Origin: Nitrosopumilus sp.
GTDB lineage: Archaea; Thermoproteota; Nitrososphaeria; Nitrososphaerales; Nitrosopumilaceae
Assembly (NCBI GenBank): GCA_965204345.1
Contig: OZ241981.1
Location: 1,696,001-1,760,000, forward strand
Direction of reading: 5' to 3'
Length of the DNA: 64,000 bases
Of the stretch, positions 19,145 to 30,089 are shown piece by piece. Numbering within the stretch: the first letter of the stretch is position 1; every line of letters begins with the position of its first letter. The notes beneath the pieces are model-generated. The model had not been told where the DNA came from. It saw only the letters and a list, made by a program, of their open reading frames with translations, and ran no database searches. The position numbers and the translations under genes were made by a program.

Positions 19145-19831
19145 GTGTCCAATTGGAATAATTATCAAGAGTCTTCTGTTCGCAGTCATATGGGGCTGTT
19201 TTTATTTGGTGCTGCAGCCTCGCTTGCAGTCGTTTTATTTTTGACCTTCCATCCCCAAATCGAATCCATCAATGAAGAATCCCCAATTCTAATCAACCTC
19301 ATGTTTCTTCCTGCCATGGCAGTCGGGTTTCTTTACGGTGTCCGAATAACCGAACGAGCAGTAAGGCCATCTGAGATTCGAAGCCCAATTAAAAGATCCA
19401 TCATCAAAATCTTTCTGTTCTTTTTTGTTATAGGCGGAATGTTCAGCTCCGTTAACTTTGCCATTAATGGCGGCAGCATAATGCCTGACATTGAAATCTT
19501 AGATGACGGACTTTTGGCATGGATAAACCACTTTATTACTGCAAATGGAGGTGCAACCTTTCTAATTATAACCAGTATTACATTGATGGCAGCAGCTACA
19601 AAAAGAATTGTCGGTATGAATTCTGGATTTCTTAACAGGGTGGTAACATTTGTTGGCACTTTTGTCTTCTTTACGATGCTTGCCCTGAGTTTTACAAAAT
19701 CTGATCCTACTTCGTCTGGCGTTTTACTGTATACCTTTTATCAGGCAGGCATTGTAGGCGGTGCATTTTATGCAATGAATAGACTTACTAAAAATCAGAA
19801 TATGCTAGAAGATTATACTAATGGGTTTTGA
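19145..19831 (+). CDS. Multi-pass membrane protein, hypothetical
   Basis: About six hydrophobic segments; start may be the internal Met. Confidence 0.7.
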   Translation: MSNWNNYQESSVRSHMGLFLFGAAASLAVVLFLTFHPQIESINEESPILINLMFLPAMAVGFLYGVRITERAVRPSEIRSPIKRSIIKIFLFFFVIGGMFSSVNFAINGGSIMPDIEILDDGLLAWINHFITANGGATFLIITSITLMAAATKRIVGMNSGFLNRVVTFVGTFVFFTMLALSFTKSDPTSSGVLLYTFYQAGIVGGAFYAMNRLTKNQNMLEDYTNGF

Positions 19832-19833
19832 TA

Positions 19834-20082
19834 CTATTGATCCAAATCTACGTAGATTCCTGAAATTTTGTTGTTGATTCTATCCCAGTATTTTTCACAG
19901 CCATCTGTTTTGAAATCATTCTTTTTACATTCATCAAAGTGAGCCGTATTGTCCCTTGAAATATTATCTGAAAATAATACATCATCTGCCATAAATAATG
20001 CTATGATGCCTATTGCCGCCAGACTTCCTGCAACTAAAATCATCGAATAGCCTACCTGTGCATGATTACGAGATTCCTTCAT
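19834..20082 (-). CDS. Hypothetical membrane-anchored protein
   Basis: N-terminal TM segment and a Cys pair. Confidence 0.65.
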   Translation of the reverse strand: MKESRNHAQVGYSMILVAGSLAAIGIIALFMADDVLFSDNISRDNTAHFDECKKNDFKTDGCEKYWDRINNKISGIYVDLDQ

Positions 20083-20202
20083 TTACGGAAAATCCATAAC
20101 CCTTGAATTTAATCTTTTCAAGCTGTTCATTTGCGATCAATTTTGTGATCCTGGGATATTTTTTGGGAAAAGATGAAAAGAAGGTAGTGTAAAATACATT
20201 TA

Positions 20203-20703
20203 TTGAGCATTCAAATTCTTCAGTACGAGTTCCTTGGGCCTATTCCTCTTGATGAATGGGGACCTCCTATGGAGAAGCTGGTTTATCTGATTTTTTCACG
20301 TGATAAGGACATCTTTAACATTCTATATGTTGGAGACTGTGAAAAAACTGAAGACAGGGATTTTTTTGCTCAGCACCAGCGCTACAAGTGCTGGACTGAA
20401 AATTCCGGGTCCAAACAGTCATTGCATTTGGCTATCTTGCCTTTGTTTGAATCAACTAGTGAACAAAGGCAAAATATACTCAATAAAATCATGAATCAAT
20501 ACAAGCCTGTTTGTAATTCCTCAGATATACCCAAAGCTGAGCCTAGTTACACTGTTAGAAAATCTGAAAATGTATCTGAAGAGCCTAAAAAAATTTCTTG
20601 CCCCTGTTGCGGCTCTGAAATGAAACCTGAAAAAATTCTTGAAAAATCCACGCTGTTTAGGTGTACCGGCTGCGGACTCAGTGACACCAAGCTTAACTCT
20701 TGA
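20203..20703 (+). CDS. Hypothetical protein, GIY-YIG-like N-terminus and C-terminal zinc ribbon
   Basis: LVYLIF...ILYVG; CPCCG...CTGCG. Confidence 0.6.
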   Translation: MSIQILQYEFLGPIPLDEWGPPMEKLVYLIFSRDKDIFNILYVGDCEKTEDRDFFAQHQRYKCWTENSGSKQSLHLAILPLFESTSEQRQNILNKIMNQYKPVCNSSDIPKAEPSYTVRKSENVSEEPKKISCPCCGSEMKPEKILEKSTLFRCTGCGLSDTKLNS

Positions 20704-20926
20704 TTTTATTTCGCACATCAAATAACTGCAAGGTTAGCAAGTCTATGGCTTTTTTCAGATGCTGAAATTCGTTTATTGAATGCATCTGGCCTTTTACTAG
20801 TGCCCTTTGAATTTTTATTGAGTTTTTCTGATGTTTATCTGCTGCAACAATTTCCATGGCGTTGAGCTTTGATAGCAAGTTATCCAAATCTTTTATCATT
20901 TCATCAGACGGCTTGTGCCTCTCCAT
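20693..20926 (-). CDS. Hypothetical coiled-coil protein
   Basis: 77-aa helical ORF with plausible composition. Confidence 0.6.
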   Translation of the reverse strand: MERHKPSDEMIKDLDNLLSKLNAMEIVAADKHQKNSIKIQRALVKGQMHSINEFQHLKKAIDLLTLQLFDVRNKIKS

Positions 20927-20958
20927 GATTATATGAAATAATTTTGCTATATGAATTG

Positions 20959-21111
20959 TTACAACAAGTCTTCATCAATTTCTTGAATTGGATCTAAATA
21001 TTGTGGACACGTACATGTGGGAATTTTGCATTTGCCTGCTTTTATGATTGAACTGCTATTTTCATTTGGCATGTGTGCCTCATCTGTATGATGGCATCTT
21101 TTGCAATTCAT
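20959..21111 (-). CDS. 50-aa Cys/His-rich micro-protein (not in ORF track)
   Basis: MNCKRCHHTDEAHMPNENSSSIIKAGKCKIPTCTCPQYLDPIQEIDEDLL*, translated by hand. Confidence 0.7.
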   Translation of the reverse strand: MNCKRCHHTDEAHMPNENSSSIIKAGKCKIPTCTCPQYLDPIQEIDEDLL

Positions 21112-21148
21112 GTCTGAGAATATTTTTCCTTGTAATTTAAGCCAAGAA

Positions 21149-22183
21149 TCATGGAATTAAAACTGCTCTTGCCTCGATTTCAGAGTTTTTTAGTTTTCTG
21201 AGCGCCTCATTTGCACTCTCCAATGGAAATGTTTGTGAAATCACCTCGATATCCTTTTCATTACATATCTTGATGACCTGCTCCATATCTTTTGTTGAGC
21301 CTATCAACGTGCCTCTGATTGTTTTTTCTTCAAATGCCATAAATGCCGGATTTTCACCTACTGTTGCAATTACAATTAATCCTCCCTTTTTTACTGATTT
21401 TATTGCAGTATCTGTGACCATGTCTGCCGGTGCAAATACTATTGCCGCATCCAACATTCCGTGTTTTTCTTTTACCGTATCTAGCAGTTTCTGCTGATTC
21501 TCTGAAAATACCACTGTATCTGCTGCTCCAAGCCTTTTTGCAACTTTCAAATGATTCTCTGATCTTGAAAATGCCACCACATTACAGTTTTCTACTTTTG
21601 CAAACTGTATTGCCATATGGCCGATCCCGCCGATTCCAAAAATTCCTATTTTTTTATTTGGTGCCGGCTCTGATGCCCTTACTGCCTTGTATGCCGTAAT
21701 CCCTGCACAAAATAACGGTGCTGCATATTCTGGCTTCATATTTTCTGGAATTTTGGTTGCAAAGTCTTCAACTACTGTAATGTATTCAGTATATCCCCCC
21801 TTGAAGGATTCTCCTGTTATTATTGATGATTCGCAAAGGTACTCTTTTCCTTCTTTGCAATACTGACAGTTTTTGCATGCCTCTAAGAGGGGTGTAATTC
21901 CTGCCCTGTCTCCAACCTTGAATTTTGTAACTTTGTCTCCTACCTGAACTATCTTTCCAACTACCTCATGACCAGGAACCGTCGGTAATGTTGGCGGGAT
22001 TCCTATATTTTTCCAATCTCCTTCAATCCCGTGCAATTGTGAATGACATACGCCGCATGCCTCAATTTCTATTAAAACCTCATTTTCCCGTTTGATTTCA
22101 TGCTTGTTGATTTGAGTCAATTTCAATGGTTCTGTCTCGATTTTGCCACATTCTGAAAGTACCATTGCACGCATTTTTTCCAT
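21149..22183 (-). CDS. Zinc-dependent alcohol dehydrogenase family protein
   Basis: ACGVCH, PGHEVVG, CxxCxxCxxxxxxxC structural Zn site, GIFGIGGIGH. Confidence 0.92.
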   Translation of the reverse strand: MEKMRAMVLSECGKIETEPLKLTQINKHEIKRENEVLIEIEACGVCHSQLHGIEGDWKNIGIPPTLPTVPGHEVVGKIVQVGDKVTKFKVGDRAGITPLLEACKNCQYCKEGKEYLCESSIITGESFKGGYTEYITVVEDFATKIPENMKPEYAAPLFCAGITAYKAVRASEPAPNKKIGIFGIGGIGHMAIQFAKVENCNVVAFSRSENHLKVAKRLGAADTVVFSENQQKLLDTVKEKHGMLDAAIVFAPADMVTDTAIKSVKKGGLIVIATVGENPAFMAFEEKTIRGTLIGSTKDMEQVIKICNEKDIEVISQTFPLESANEALRKLKNSEIEARAVLIP

Positions 22184-22435
22184 GTTTCCTACTGTTTGTT
22201 ACTTGATTTAGCCCATATTTTACTATAATCCATATTTCACAATGGATTTTTTACATTTTTTGCATATCATGGTAATGTCACCAATAAGTTATCCAATTAA
22301 TGCTTTTTGGATGAAGATGAAATTTCTTTAATAAAAGTTAATTTGATTTATCAGATTGAAGAACAGATGACAGGCCGAGTTTGAAGATGTGTATGTAAAA
22401 CATAATATTATAAACATCAAAATTAGATTACATTT

Positions 22436-23075
22436 GTGGATGATCTTGAAAGTAAACCCACTAAAGAATTATCTGATGTAGAAACACAAAAACTGGAAAA
22501 AGAGATTACAGATATGCAAATAAAGGTACTTTCTGCTGATAATGACGAGTATTGGAAGATATACGGAGAATTAATTGCAAACCCTCAAGCTAGAAAACTA
22601 ATGCAGTTATTTGCAAGAAAAGAGATGATTCTAAATGATGCTGTAAAAATAATGGATGGTGATTATAGTAATTTGAAGCGTCATGTTACAAAAATTGCTT
22701 GCCGTGGGCCATTTACAAATTATAAAAAAACGTTCACATAAAAAAACAAAAAAAGAATATAATTTTTTCAAAGGCTCTCGGGCAATACTTTTCTTTCCTG
22801 ATGATACACAACAATATCTAAAAGAGAAAGGAATCTTAAAAAAACTATTACATACAAGTGCCAAAGTTTCACTAGTATCCATACTTGCTGCAACAGTTTG
22901 GTTTCAAACTAGAATTACTAAAAACTCTCAAGATGTCTCTTTTGATTATGGCCAAATACTAGACGTTCCATTTTATAGTGAATCCATGTTTTTCCCAATG
23001 CTAATAATAATTGTAGCCTTGGTTATTAATTCAATATATGAAAAGAAAAAAAGAGATAGGTCAATTAAGACCTAA
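22436..23075 (+). pseudogene. Frameshifted winged-HTH regulator with C-terminal membrane helices
   Basis: YGELIANPQARKLMQL...SNLKRH continues as LQKLLAVG in another frame near 22685; TM segments follow. Confidence 0.6.
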
Positions 23076-24222
23076 GTTGGTTTTTAGATGATGGTATGGT
23101 GTTGCAAAACTATAATCTCCACTGTTTGATGTGTGCATTCCATACAATTTCACATTAGAACCAAGTGTGGTAACCGGTGCTCCACTATCACCATCAACTG
23201 AATCATAGGTAATGGCCATTCTTTGAAATCCAGGAATCCAGCCAGCATATGTACCGTACTGAATACTTTGACTTCCAACACCTGACATTTTCAGCCATGT
23301 TCCAACCTCTGGATTATCAGTTGTAGCATATGATGTAATGGAGATGCTTTGATTTGGGGATTGGTATACCTTGTATACTGTTGCCAAATCCGAAGTTGTT
23401 ACCCTTACAAATGCACAATCACATTCACCAGATGATTCGGATGTTATGGTATCAACTGTGCCAACGACTCTGGTTGGATATTGTTTTACTGTGGCACCAA
23501 GATAATTTACACCGTGTGCTACCGTGACAAATCCTCTATCACCATCTGTCTGAACAGCAGAAAATCCCAGTGTTTGTTTCAGATCCTTGTTTGATTGCTA
23601 TGCCACCAATACCATATCTACAATCAGCCTCTCTTTGAGAGCAATTGATTTGATGTGAATTTGTTTGCATATATTCTATATCAAATGGTATGCCCTCTAT
23701 GTTGCCAAAAGTAGGTTTGATCGTATCTGTTTCTCCACTAGCACCTCCAGATCCAGATTCATTATCTACTACTACGATGTTGATTGTCTTTTTTAACTGA
23801 TCAACAAAGTATGCAGTATCTTCATCTATGTAGTGTCTTGAATTGGGATTTTGTATCTCTGCCAAGATTTGCTGGCCTTGTGATTCAAGTACTGCCAGCT
23901 GTGCATCATCAATGGCTACTGCATCAATTTCTTGTTGCTGTAACAGATCCATTTGTAACTGCATCTCATCAATTCTTATTGTAAGATGTTGAATCTGTAT
24001 AGGATCTGCATCTTGATGTATCATCTCGTCTAGTTGGGTTTGAAGTTCTCGCTGTTTTTCATCTAGTTTCAGAAATTCCTGAAATCTTCTCTCGCTATCT
24101 GTTAGATCTTCAACTACAGATTCTTGGGCATATACTAATGCAGATGTGCCCATAAGAACTACAGCAAAGAGTGCTACAGATAATGATTTTATGAAGTTGT
24201 TTTCACTCATTAATCCATACAA
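23061..24222 (-). pseudogene. Frameshifted secreted S1 (chymotrypsin/alpha-lytic-like) serine protease
   Basis: Signal and pro-region ORF 23539-24222; after a shift near 23575 an open frame reads TLGF..GFVTVAHG (His), ECDCAFV (Asp), GDSGAP (Ser). Confidence 0.8.
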
Positions 24223-24578
24223 TAATAAATTAGATAATAAATAATTCTTGTAATGTACTACCAGCTAATCTGACTACATCTTTGTCGGCTGGCGTATTGC
24301 CAAGAGATGATTTTCTTAAATCATCTAATTTATCTTCAATATTTTTTGTCCTGTTTAGACAATGCTCTTCTTGCCATAACCCAAATTTATTATTACATTC
24401 TTTGCACTTACGTTACTGATTGCCAACATTAGGAATTTCTTAAAGGGCTTGAAACTGCAGAAATAATGTTTATTGACAATAAAAAATTGACTCGTATCGT
24501 AAATTGGCTGAAAAAGAAGCATGCCGTAACTCAATAAAGCTGCTTAAATAACGAAAGCACATAGGGGTTAGTAATAAC

Positions 24579-25394
24579 ATGAAAAACATAACAAATAAAA
24601 CAAAAACAATTCTGTTTACAACCCTGATTGCCGCAATGATTCTGTCATTTAGCGGTATAAGAGTTGCAAAAGCAAAGCAGGCAAACGATGAAAAATACAC
24701 GCCTGAGAACATAAAAAACGCCATGCGAAAAGCAGATAATTATATTACCGAAAACTCGTATGTTTTAAGTTTTGATAAAAAATCCGCAAAGACAACAATG
24801 TCTGATCACGAAATCAAAATCATCAAGGATTTTGTTAAAATGCAAAATGATTACGTAGACAAGGTAAAGAAAAACCCAAACATAAAACATTCTTTTGATT
24901 CAGAAACAGAAAATAAATTCTCTGAATTAAAGAAGCAAATCAAAGAAAGTAAGAATAAGATCAAATATACAGATTACATATCTGATTGGATTCTTCCTGA
25001 GGCATTTGCATGGACTGATGTTTGTGGCGGTTCTTTTGATAACCCACATCCCGAATATATCAGAAAAGAAATCTACTCAATTAGCAGTAAAAGCGCTGCC
25101 ATATCCACAGTAGAAAATTGGGGATATGTGAGGGTTCCAGAATATGCATCAAATCCTTCTGAATGGTTTAACTCCAACTCTCTAGATTATGGAAAAGAAA
25201 TCAGTGCATACAATTGTAATTTCGGAGCATTTAGAGATCAGATTGTTTTAGATAATGATGGTAGATGGGATTTTAACAAGCAAATTAAAGAACCAAATCC
25301 TTCATTTCTAGATTATTATTCTCCTGTATGGTGGTGGATTTGGTACACAGGTGTTTGGCACGATGCCGAAATAGGCGAACCTACACAGTGGTAA
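24579..25394 (+). CDS. Secreted hypothetical protein
   Basis: KTKTILFTTLIAAMILSFSG signal peptide; Lys-rich N-half, Trp-rich C-half. Confidence 0.75.
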   Translation: MKNITNKTKTILFTTLIAAMILSFSGIRVAKAKQANDEKYTPENIKNAMRKADNYITENSYVLSFDKKSAKTTMSDHEIKIIKDFVKMQNDYVDKVKKNPNIKHSFDSETENKFSELKKQIKESKNKIKYTDYISDWILPEAFAWTDVCGGSFDNPHPEYIRKEIYSISSKSAAISTVENWGYVRVPEYASNPSEWFNSNSLDYGKEISAYNCNFGAFRDQIVLDNDGRWDFNKQIKEPNPSFLDYYSPVWWWIWYTGVWHDAEIGEPTQW

Positions 25395-25428
25395 TCAATT
25401 CAAAATTTTTTTCTTTTTTTGATGAATA

Positions 25429-25620
25429 ATGACTAACTTTCTTTGGTATTTTTTACCAATACTATTTGGATTTGTAGGTCATGCAATGATTTCAAATTCT
25501 TTTGCATATGATGACAAAGATGTTGTCAGAAAAAGCTTCAAACTGGCAATTGGGTCGTCTTGTGTTTGGGGAATTCTAACAATCAGTTATCTTGTTGCAA
25601 TTGGAACAGGAACAGACTGA
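25429..25620 (+). CDS. Small two-helix membrane protein
   Basis: LWYFLPILFGFVG...AIGSSCVWGILTISYLV. Confidence 0.55.
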   Translation: MTNFLWYFLPILFGFVGHAMISNSFAYDDKDVVRKSFKLAIGSSCVWGILTISYLVAIGTGTD

Positions 25621-25789
25621 TGAGTGTTTTGCCTCAGGCAGATTTTGATTAGCTGATCACCGTAGCCTGACGGCAAAGTAGAAGACCAGCTGGGTATTTG
25701 TGGTTTGGAATAAGACTATTATCCCAAATTACCATCCAAGTAGCAAAGTCCAATACATGGCAACAAAAATTTAGCAACAAGAAGACAGT

Positions 25790-25946
25790 ATGAAAACTAT
25801 GAGAGTCAGAATCTGCGTGGAACAGAAAAGTGTCTGTTCTGAATGTGACCATTCACTTACAAACCACAGTCACCGCAGACAGAAACTCACAAATTGTTAA
25901 CGGAAAATGCAAGCCATGCCAATGTGATGGAACACTATCCATTGAG
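25790..25946 (+). pseudogene. Frameshifted copy of the Cys/His micro-protein gene at 63235-63396
   Basis: About 180 bp of inverted homology to 63239-63420; a 2-nt deletion after TNH separates CSECDH from GKCKPCQC. Confidence 0.65.
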
Positions 25947-26172
25947 CAGTAATTATTTTCTTGCAGAAATGCCATTGCTTAATGAAGCATTTTTAAGATT
26001 GGGTACGGGTTTGAATGTGTCGATTTTTAAGAGCCTTGGGCTTGTATTGGCTATTTTATCTGGCAATTATCCAAAGGCAGCCAAGCTTATCATCTCTTTA
26101 TGACAAGTTCTATGGCTAGGGCATGGCCTGTCCTCAGTAATACGCCGACCTTGCCTTTACACTAAGATTTAT

Positions 26173-26430
26173 TTGCAAAATTGGAAAACATCCCATATGA
26201 CTAAAATTTCTGATGAAGATCGTGAAAGAGTAAAACTATTAGAACTTGTTACTAGTTCTAGAAATGAATTCAAAAACCTCTCTTTAGAACAATTGGCACG
26301 GTTGGAATTACTAATTCAAAAAAAGGATTACAGTCATGATAAAAAAGCAAACAAATCCAAGGAAAAATTACTCAAAAAAATCAATGTCAGGATTTATGAA
26401 TTAACCGAAGGACGAGGCATCTGGGGTTGA
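26173..26430 (+). CDS. Hypothetical protein
   Basis: Lys-rich helical ORF; likely start at internal MTKIS. Confidence 0.65.
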   Translation: MQNWKTSHMTKISDEDRERVKLLELVTSSRNEFKNLSLEQLARLELLIQKKDYSHDKKANKSKEKLLKKINVRIYELTEGRGIWG

Positions 26431-26465
26431 TTAGATACTAATACCCAAATGATCTGATTTAGATA

Positions 26466-28493
26466 TTGGCTGAAAATCACCTTGCTAATGAGAGCAGCCC
26501 ATACTTGCTTCAGCATGCCAACAACCCCGTTGACTGGTATGGGTGGAATGATGGTGCACTAAAGAAGGCAAGGGATGAAAACAAGCCCATCTTTTTGAGT
26601 GTTGGGTATAGCTCCTGCCACTGGTGCCATGTTATGGCTCATGAATCATTTGAAAATGAGGATGTTGCTGAATTTATGAATGACAACTTTGTTAACATAA
26701 AAGTTGATCGGGAGGAGCGTCCTGACATAGATGATATCTATCAAAAAGTCTGTCAGATGGCAACTGGTCAGGGAGGCTGGCCTCTGAGTGTCTTTCTTAC
26801 TCCTGATCAAAAGCCATTTTACGTTGGAACCTATTTTCCTGTTTTGGATTCTTATGGCCGTCGGGGATTTGGAAGTATTTGCAGGCAACTGGCCCAAGCA
26901 TGGAAAGAAAAACCAGACGATATTGAAAAATCTGCCGGACAATTTCTTGGTGCGCTGCACAAGACAGAGACGATTCAAACTAGTTCCGCATTGGAACGAA
27001 CCATCCTTGATGAGGCTGTTGTGAATCTATTTCAGTTAGGGGATGCAACCTATGGCGGATTTGGCTCTGCCCCTAAATTCCCAAATGCCGCAAATATTTC
27101 ATTTTTGTTCAGATATGCCAAGCTCTCAGGGCTGGGCAAATTCAATGAATTTGCGCTCAAAACTCTCAAAAAAATGGCCAAGGGAGGCATCTTTGATCAA
27201 ATTGGAGGCGGCTTTTCTAGGTACTCTACAGATGCCAAATGGCTGGTACCTCACTTTGAAAAAATGCTTTATGATAATGCACTGATGGCTGTAAATTATG
27301 CTGAGGCATATCAAATAACAAAGGATTCATTTTATCTTGACATCTTGCAAAGGACGCTTGATTTTGTTTTGCGTGAGATGACTCTGCCTGAAGGCGGCTT
27401 TTACTCTGCCTATGATGCTGATTCTGAGGGCGTGGAGGGCAAGTTCTATGTCTGGAAAAAAAGTGAAATCAAAGAGGTGCTTGGAGATGACGCTGATCTA
27501 TTCTGCCTTTACTATGACGTAACTGATGGGGGCAATTGGGAAGGAAGTAATATTTTATGCAACAATCTCAGCCTTTCTACTGTCGCTTTTAACTTTGGTA
27601 TTTCTGAACAGGATGCCAAAACGGTTCTAAATTCATGCGCTAAAAAATTACTCAAAGTTCGCTCAAAGAGAATTCCTCCTGGTTTGGATGACAAAGTACT
27701 GGTTTCTTGGAATTCATTGATGATAACTGCATTTGCAAAAGGATATAGAGTAACCGGTGATATCAGGTATCTAAACGCTGCCAAAGACTGCATTTCCTTT
27801 ATTGAAAGAAACCTCCTTGATGATGAAAAATTGCTACGAACTTACAAAAATGGGCATGCAAAGATTGATGGATATCTTGAGGACTATTCTTATTTTACAA
27901 ATGCATTATTAGACGTATTTGAAATTGAGTCTGATCCTAAATATCTTAAATTGGCATTAAAGCTTAGTCATCATTTACTAGATCATTTTTGGGATTCAGA
28001 GCATAGCAGTTTCTTTATGACCTCAGATGAGCATGAGGAATTAATCATACGCCCAAAAAGCAACTATGATTTGTCATTGCCTTCTGGAAACTCCGTCTCT
28101 GCATTTGTGATGCTCAGATTATACCATCTTTCACAAGAACAAACTTTTTTGGATATTTCTACCAAAATCATGGAATCTCAGGCGCAAATGGCCGCAGAAA
28201 ATCCGTTTGGATTTGGGTATTTGCTAAATACAATCTCCATACATGTCCAAAAACCCGTGGAAATCACCATCATTAATGCAGAAAATTCCAAACTGTGCCA
28301 ATCCTTGCTTTTGGATTACCATCCAAACTCTATGATAGTTACAATCAAAAATTCATCCCATCTGGATGAGCTTTTAGAATATCCTTTCTTTAAAGGCAAA
28401 ACTTTTGAAGACAAAACGTCTGTCTTTGTTTGTAGGGATTTTACGTGCTCTTTGCCTTTACACACGCTTGATGAGATAAACTCACATCTTTAG
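26466..28493 (+). CDS. YyaL/SPATA20 (DUF255) thioredoxin-domain protein
   Basis: [58 protein letters not shown]. Confidence 0.93.
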   Translation: MAENHLANESSPYLLQHANNPVDWYGWNDGALKKARDENKPIFLSVGYSSCHWCHVMAHESFENEDVAEFMNDNFVNIKVDREERPDIDDIYQKVCQMATGQGGWPLSVFLTPDQKPFYVGTYFPVLDSYGRRGFGSICRQLAQAWKEKPDDIEKSAGQFLGALHKTETIQTSSALERTILDEAVVNLFQLGDATYGGFGSAPKFPNAANISFLFRYAKLSGLGKFNEFALKTLKKMAKGGIFDQIGGGFSRYSTDAKWLVPHFEKMLYDNALMAVNYAEAYQITKDSFYLDILQRTLDFVLREMTLPEGGFYSAYDADSEGVEGKFYVWKKSEIKEVLGDDADLFCLYYDVTDGGNWEGSNILCNNLSLSTVAFNFGISEQDAKTVLNSCAKKLLKVRSKRIPPGLDDKVLVSWNSLMITAFAKGYRVTGDIRYLNAAKDCISFIERNLLDDEKLLRTYKNGHAKIDGYLEDYSYFTNALLDVFEIESDPKYLKLALKLSHHLLDHFWDSEHSSFFMTSDEHEELIIRPKSNYDLSLPSGNSVSAFVMLRLYHLSQEQTFLDISTKIMESQAQMAAENPFGFGYLLNTISIHVQKPVEITIINAENSKLCQSLLLDYHPNSMIVTIKNSSHLDELLEYPFFKGKTFEDKTSVFVCRDFTCSLPLHTLDEINSHL

Positions 28494-28810
28494 ATTTTTT
28501 TTAAATCTACTTCTATGATGTTTCCAACTTGCGGCCTGCCCATCTTTTCATATCTTGATTTTGGCATTCCGATTGTTATCTGTGTTTGCTGATATGTCTT
28601 GACATTGACTGCTGGCTGCGCTGCCAAAATAGCTTCTAATAGCGGCATGACTTGCTCTTTGGTCTCAGCATCAAGCTTGTTTGAAACATTTTCAATAATC
28701 ATCTGCTTTTGTGAGATTGGCTCAGTTGAAATGTTTTCAATTAATGTCAATTGCAACATCTGACCATTGTCAATTATCTGCGTGATTTTAAACTCGTTTG
28801 TATCTGACAT
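28490..28810 (-). CDS. Hypothetical protein
   Basis: 106-aa ORF ending [17 protein letters not shown]. Confidence 0.65.
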   Translation of the reverse strand: MSDTNEFKITQIIDNGQMLQLTLIENISTEPISQKQMIIENVSNKLDAETKEQVMPLLEAILAAQPAVNVKTYQQTQITIGMPKSRYEKMGRPQVGNIIEVDLKKI

Positions 28811-28841
28811 TATACGGTTTGATTTTTCTCATGATTTATCT

Positions 28842-28934
28842 TTAACGAATTGCAAAATAGAGTGCTATTACTGCTGTGGCTACTGCTGAAGACACTCCTA
28901 ACCCGAAAATGATCTTGCTTCCATCCACATTCAT
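28842..28934 (-). CDS. 30-aa single-TM micro-protein (not in ORF track)
   Basis: MNVDGSKIIFGLGVSSAVATAVIALYFAIR*, translated by hand. Confidence 0.45.
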   Translation of the reverse strand: MNVDGSKIIFGLGVSSAVATAVIALYFAIR

Positions 28935-28983
28935 GCTGTTTCTCTGTAATTCTTGAAATTAAACTGTACTGATTCTCTGAAAA

Positions 28984-29328
28984 TTATTTTTGTGGTTCTT
29001 CTTCTGGACCTGTCTTCTTTGGCTCTGCTTCCCTGCTGTCTTCTGCTCTGGGCGGGCTGATTATTGCCTTTTTGATTAGTGCCGCTTTTTCTTTTATTAT
29101 CTGATTAAATTCACTCATATCCTCCAAGCTTGGTGTCTGTTGTTGGTTTTGGCATGCCTGCAAAAACCCCGAATACACACATCCCGTGATTATTCCAAAC
29201 GCTGTATCCGGAACTGATTCTATCTCCGGCACAAAATTCTCTGCTATCTGCTTGTAGGATTCTGACTCGTTAATGTAGTAATCTATCAAACTATCTATGA
29301 ATTCCTTATTTTCTTTAGAGATCCCCAT
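28984..29328 (-). CDS. Hypothetical protein
   Basis: 114-aa ORF with DTAFGIITGCVYSGF core. Confidence 0.7.
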   Translation of the reverse strand: MGISKENKEFIDSLIDYYINESESYKQIAENFVPEIESVPDTAFGIITGCVYSGFLQACQNQQQTPSLEDMSEFNQIIKEKAALIKKAIISPPRAEDSREAEPKKTGPEEEPQK

Positions 29329-29522
29329 ATCACTTTTTGCTTGTTTTCTAGTTTATTTAATTGTCTTTGATGGTTAATCGTTTATTTAGCTTATATTTTA
29401 CTATAATCCATTTTATTCATTTGATAATTGATTGTGTGTTTTACTCTATTTGTTTTATCAAAATCACTAATTTGTACTTAAATTCATTACTTTAATTCTT
29501 TCCTAGTTCATACACTTCAAAG

Positions 29523-30089
29523 GGTTTGTGCTACAAACACTGTGAGCTTGCAGTCTCAAGTGTTGTTCAAAGGGTTTGTGCTACAAAGATACGCATGCTT
29601 ATATGATGTTTCACACTCCTTTTCAGGCATTATAAACAAGTATATCTGAAATTTCAGAACTGGTATCATTTTTTTATAGAATAATTTGGCATATTTTTTA
29701 TGAAGGAGCTGGTAGCAATGATCAGTCATTGTGTCATTATGGCAGAATTTCGAATTAAAAAAAGGCTCAAAATATGAAATCCGTGCCGAGACCCAAGGGG
29801 GCACAAAGGTATGAATGAGTTTGACAACCTAATCATAAAATCCGTGAAAAAGACAATCAGAAAAGATTTTGGCGATGTTGGAAACATGGTATTTCTGGAA
29901 ATAAATCTCAAAGAATTTGCTTGGGAAGTTTGTTTGAAAAACACCCAATCGTTATACTTTGGATTCTATTTTTTTACATCTATGCATAAATTAACACAGA
30001 TATCTGAAAACAAGTCAGGTTTTCCTGCAACATATCTACAGAAATTTCGCTAGTCGTTGTATAGTCTTTGATTCCTTTGCTTTTCTTAC
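29523..30089. repeat. Dispersed ~565-bp repeat, direct copy at 63436-64000
   Basis: Near-identical sequence from GGTTTGTGCTACAAACACTGTGAGC to CCTTTGCTTTTCTTAC; may extend further because the second copy is cut by the window end. Confidence 0.9.

Noticed and set aside
29516-29587. TCAAAGGGTTTGTGCTACAAA repeats as a CRISPR array
   Set aside because: Only two units, the 50-bp period is too short, the spacer is conserved between loci, and there are no cas genes.
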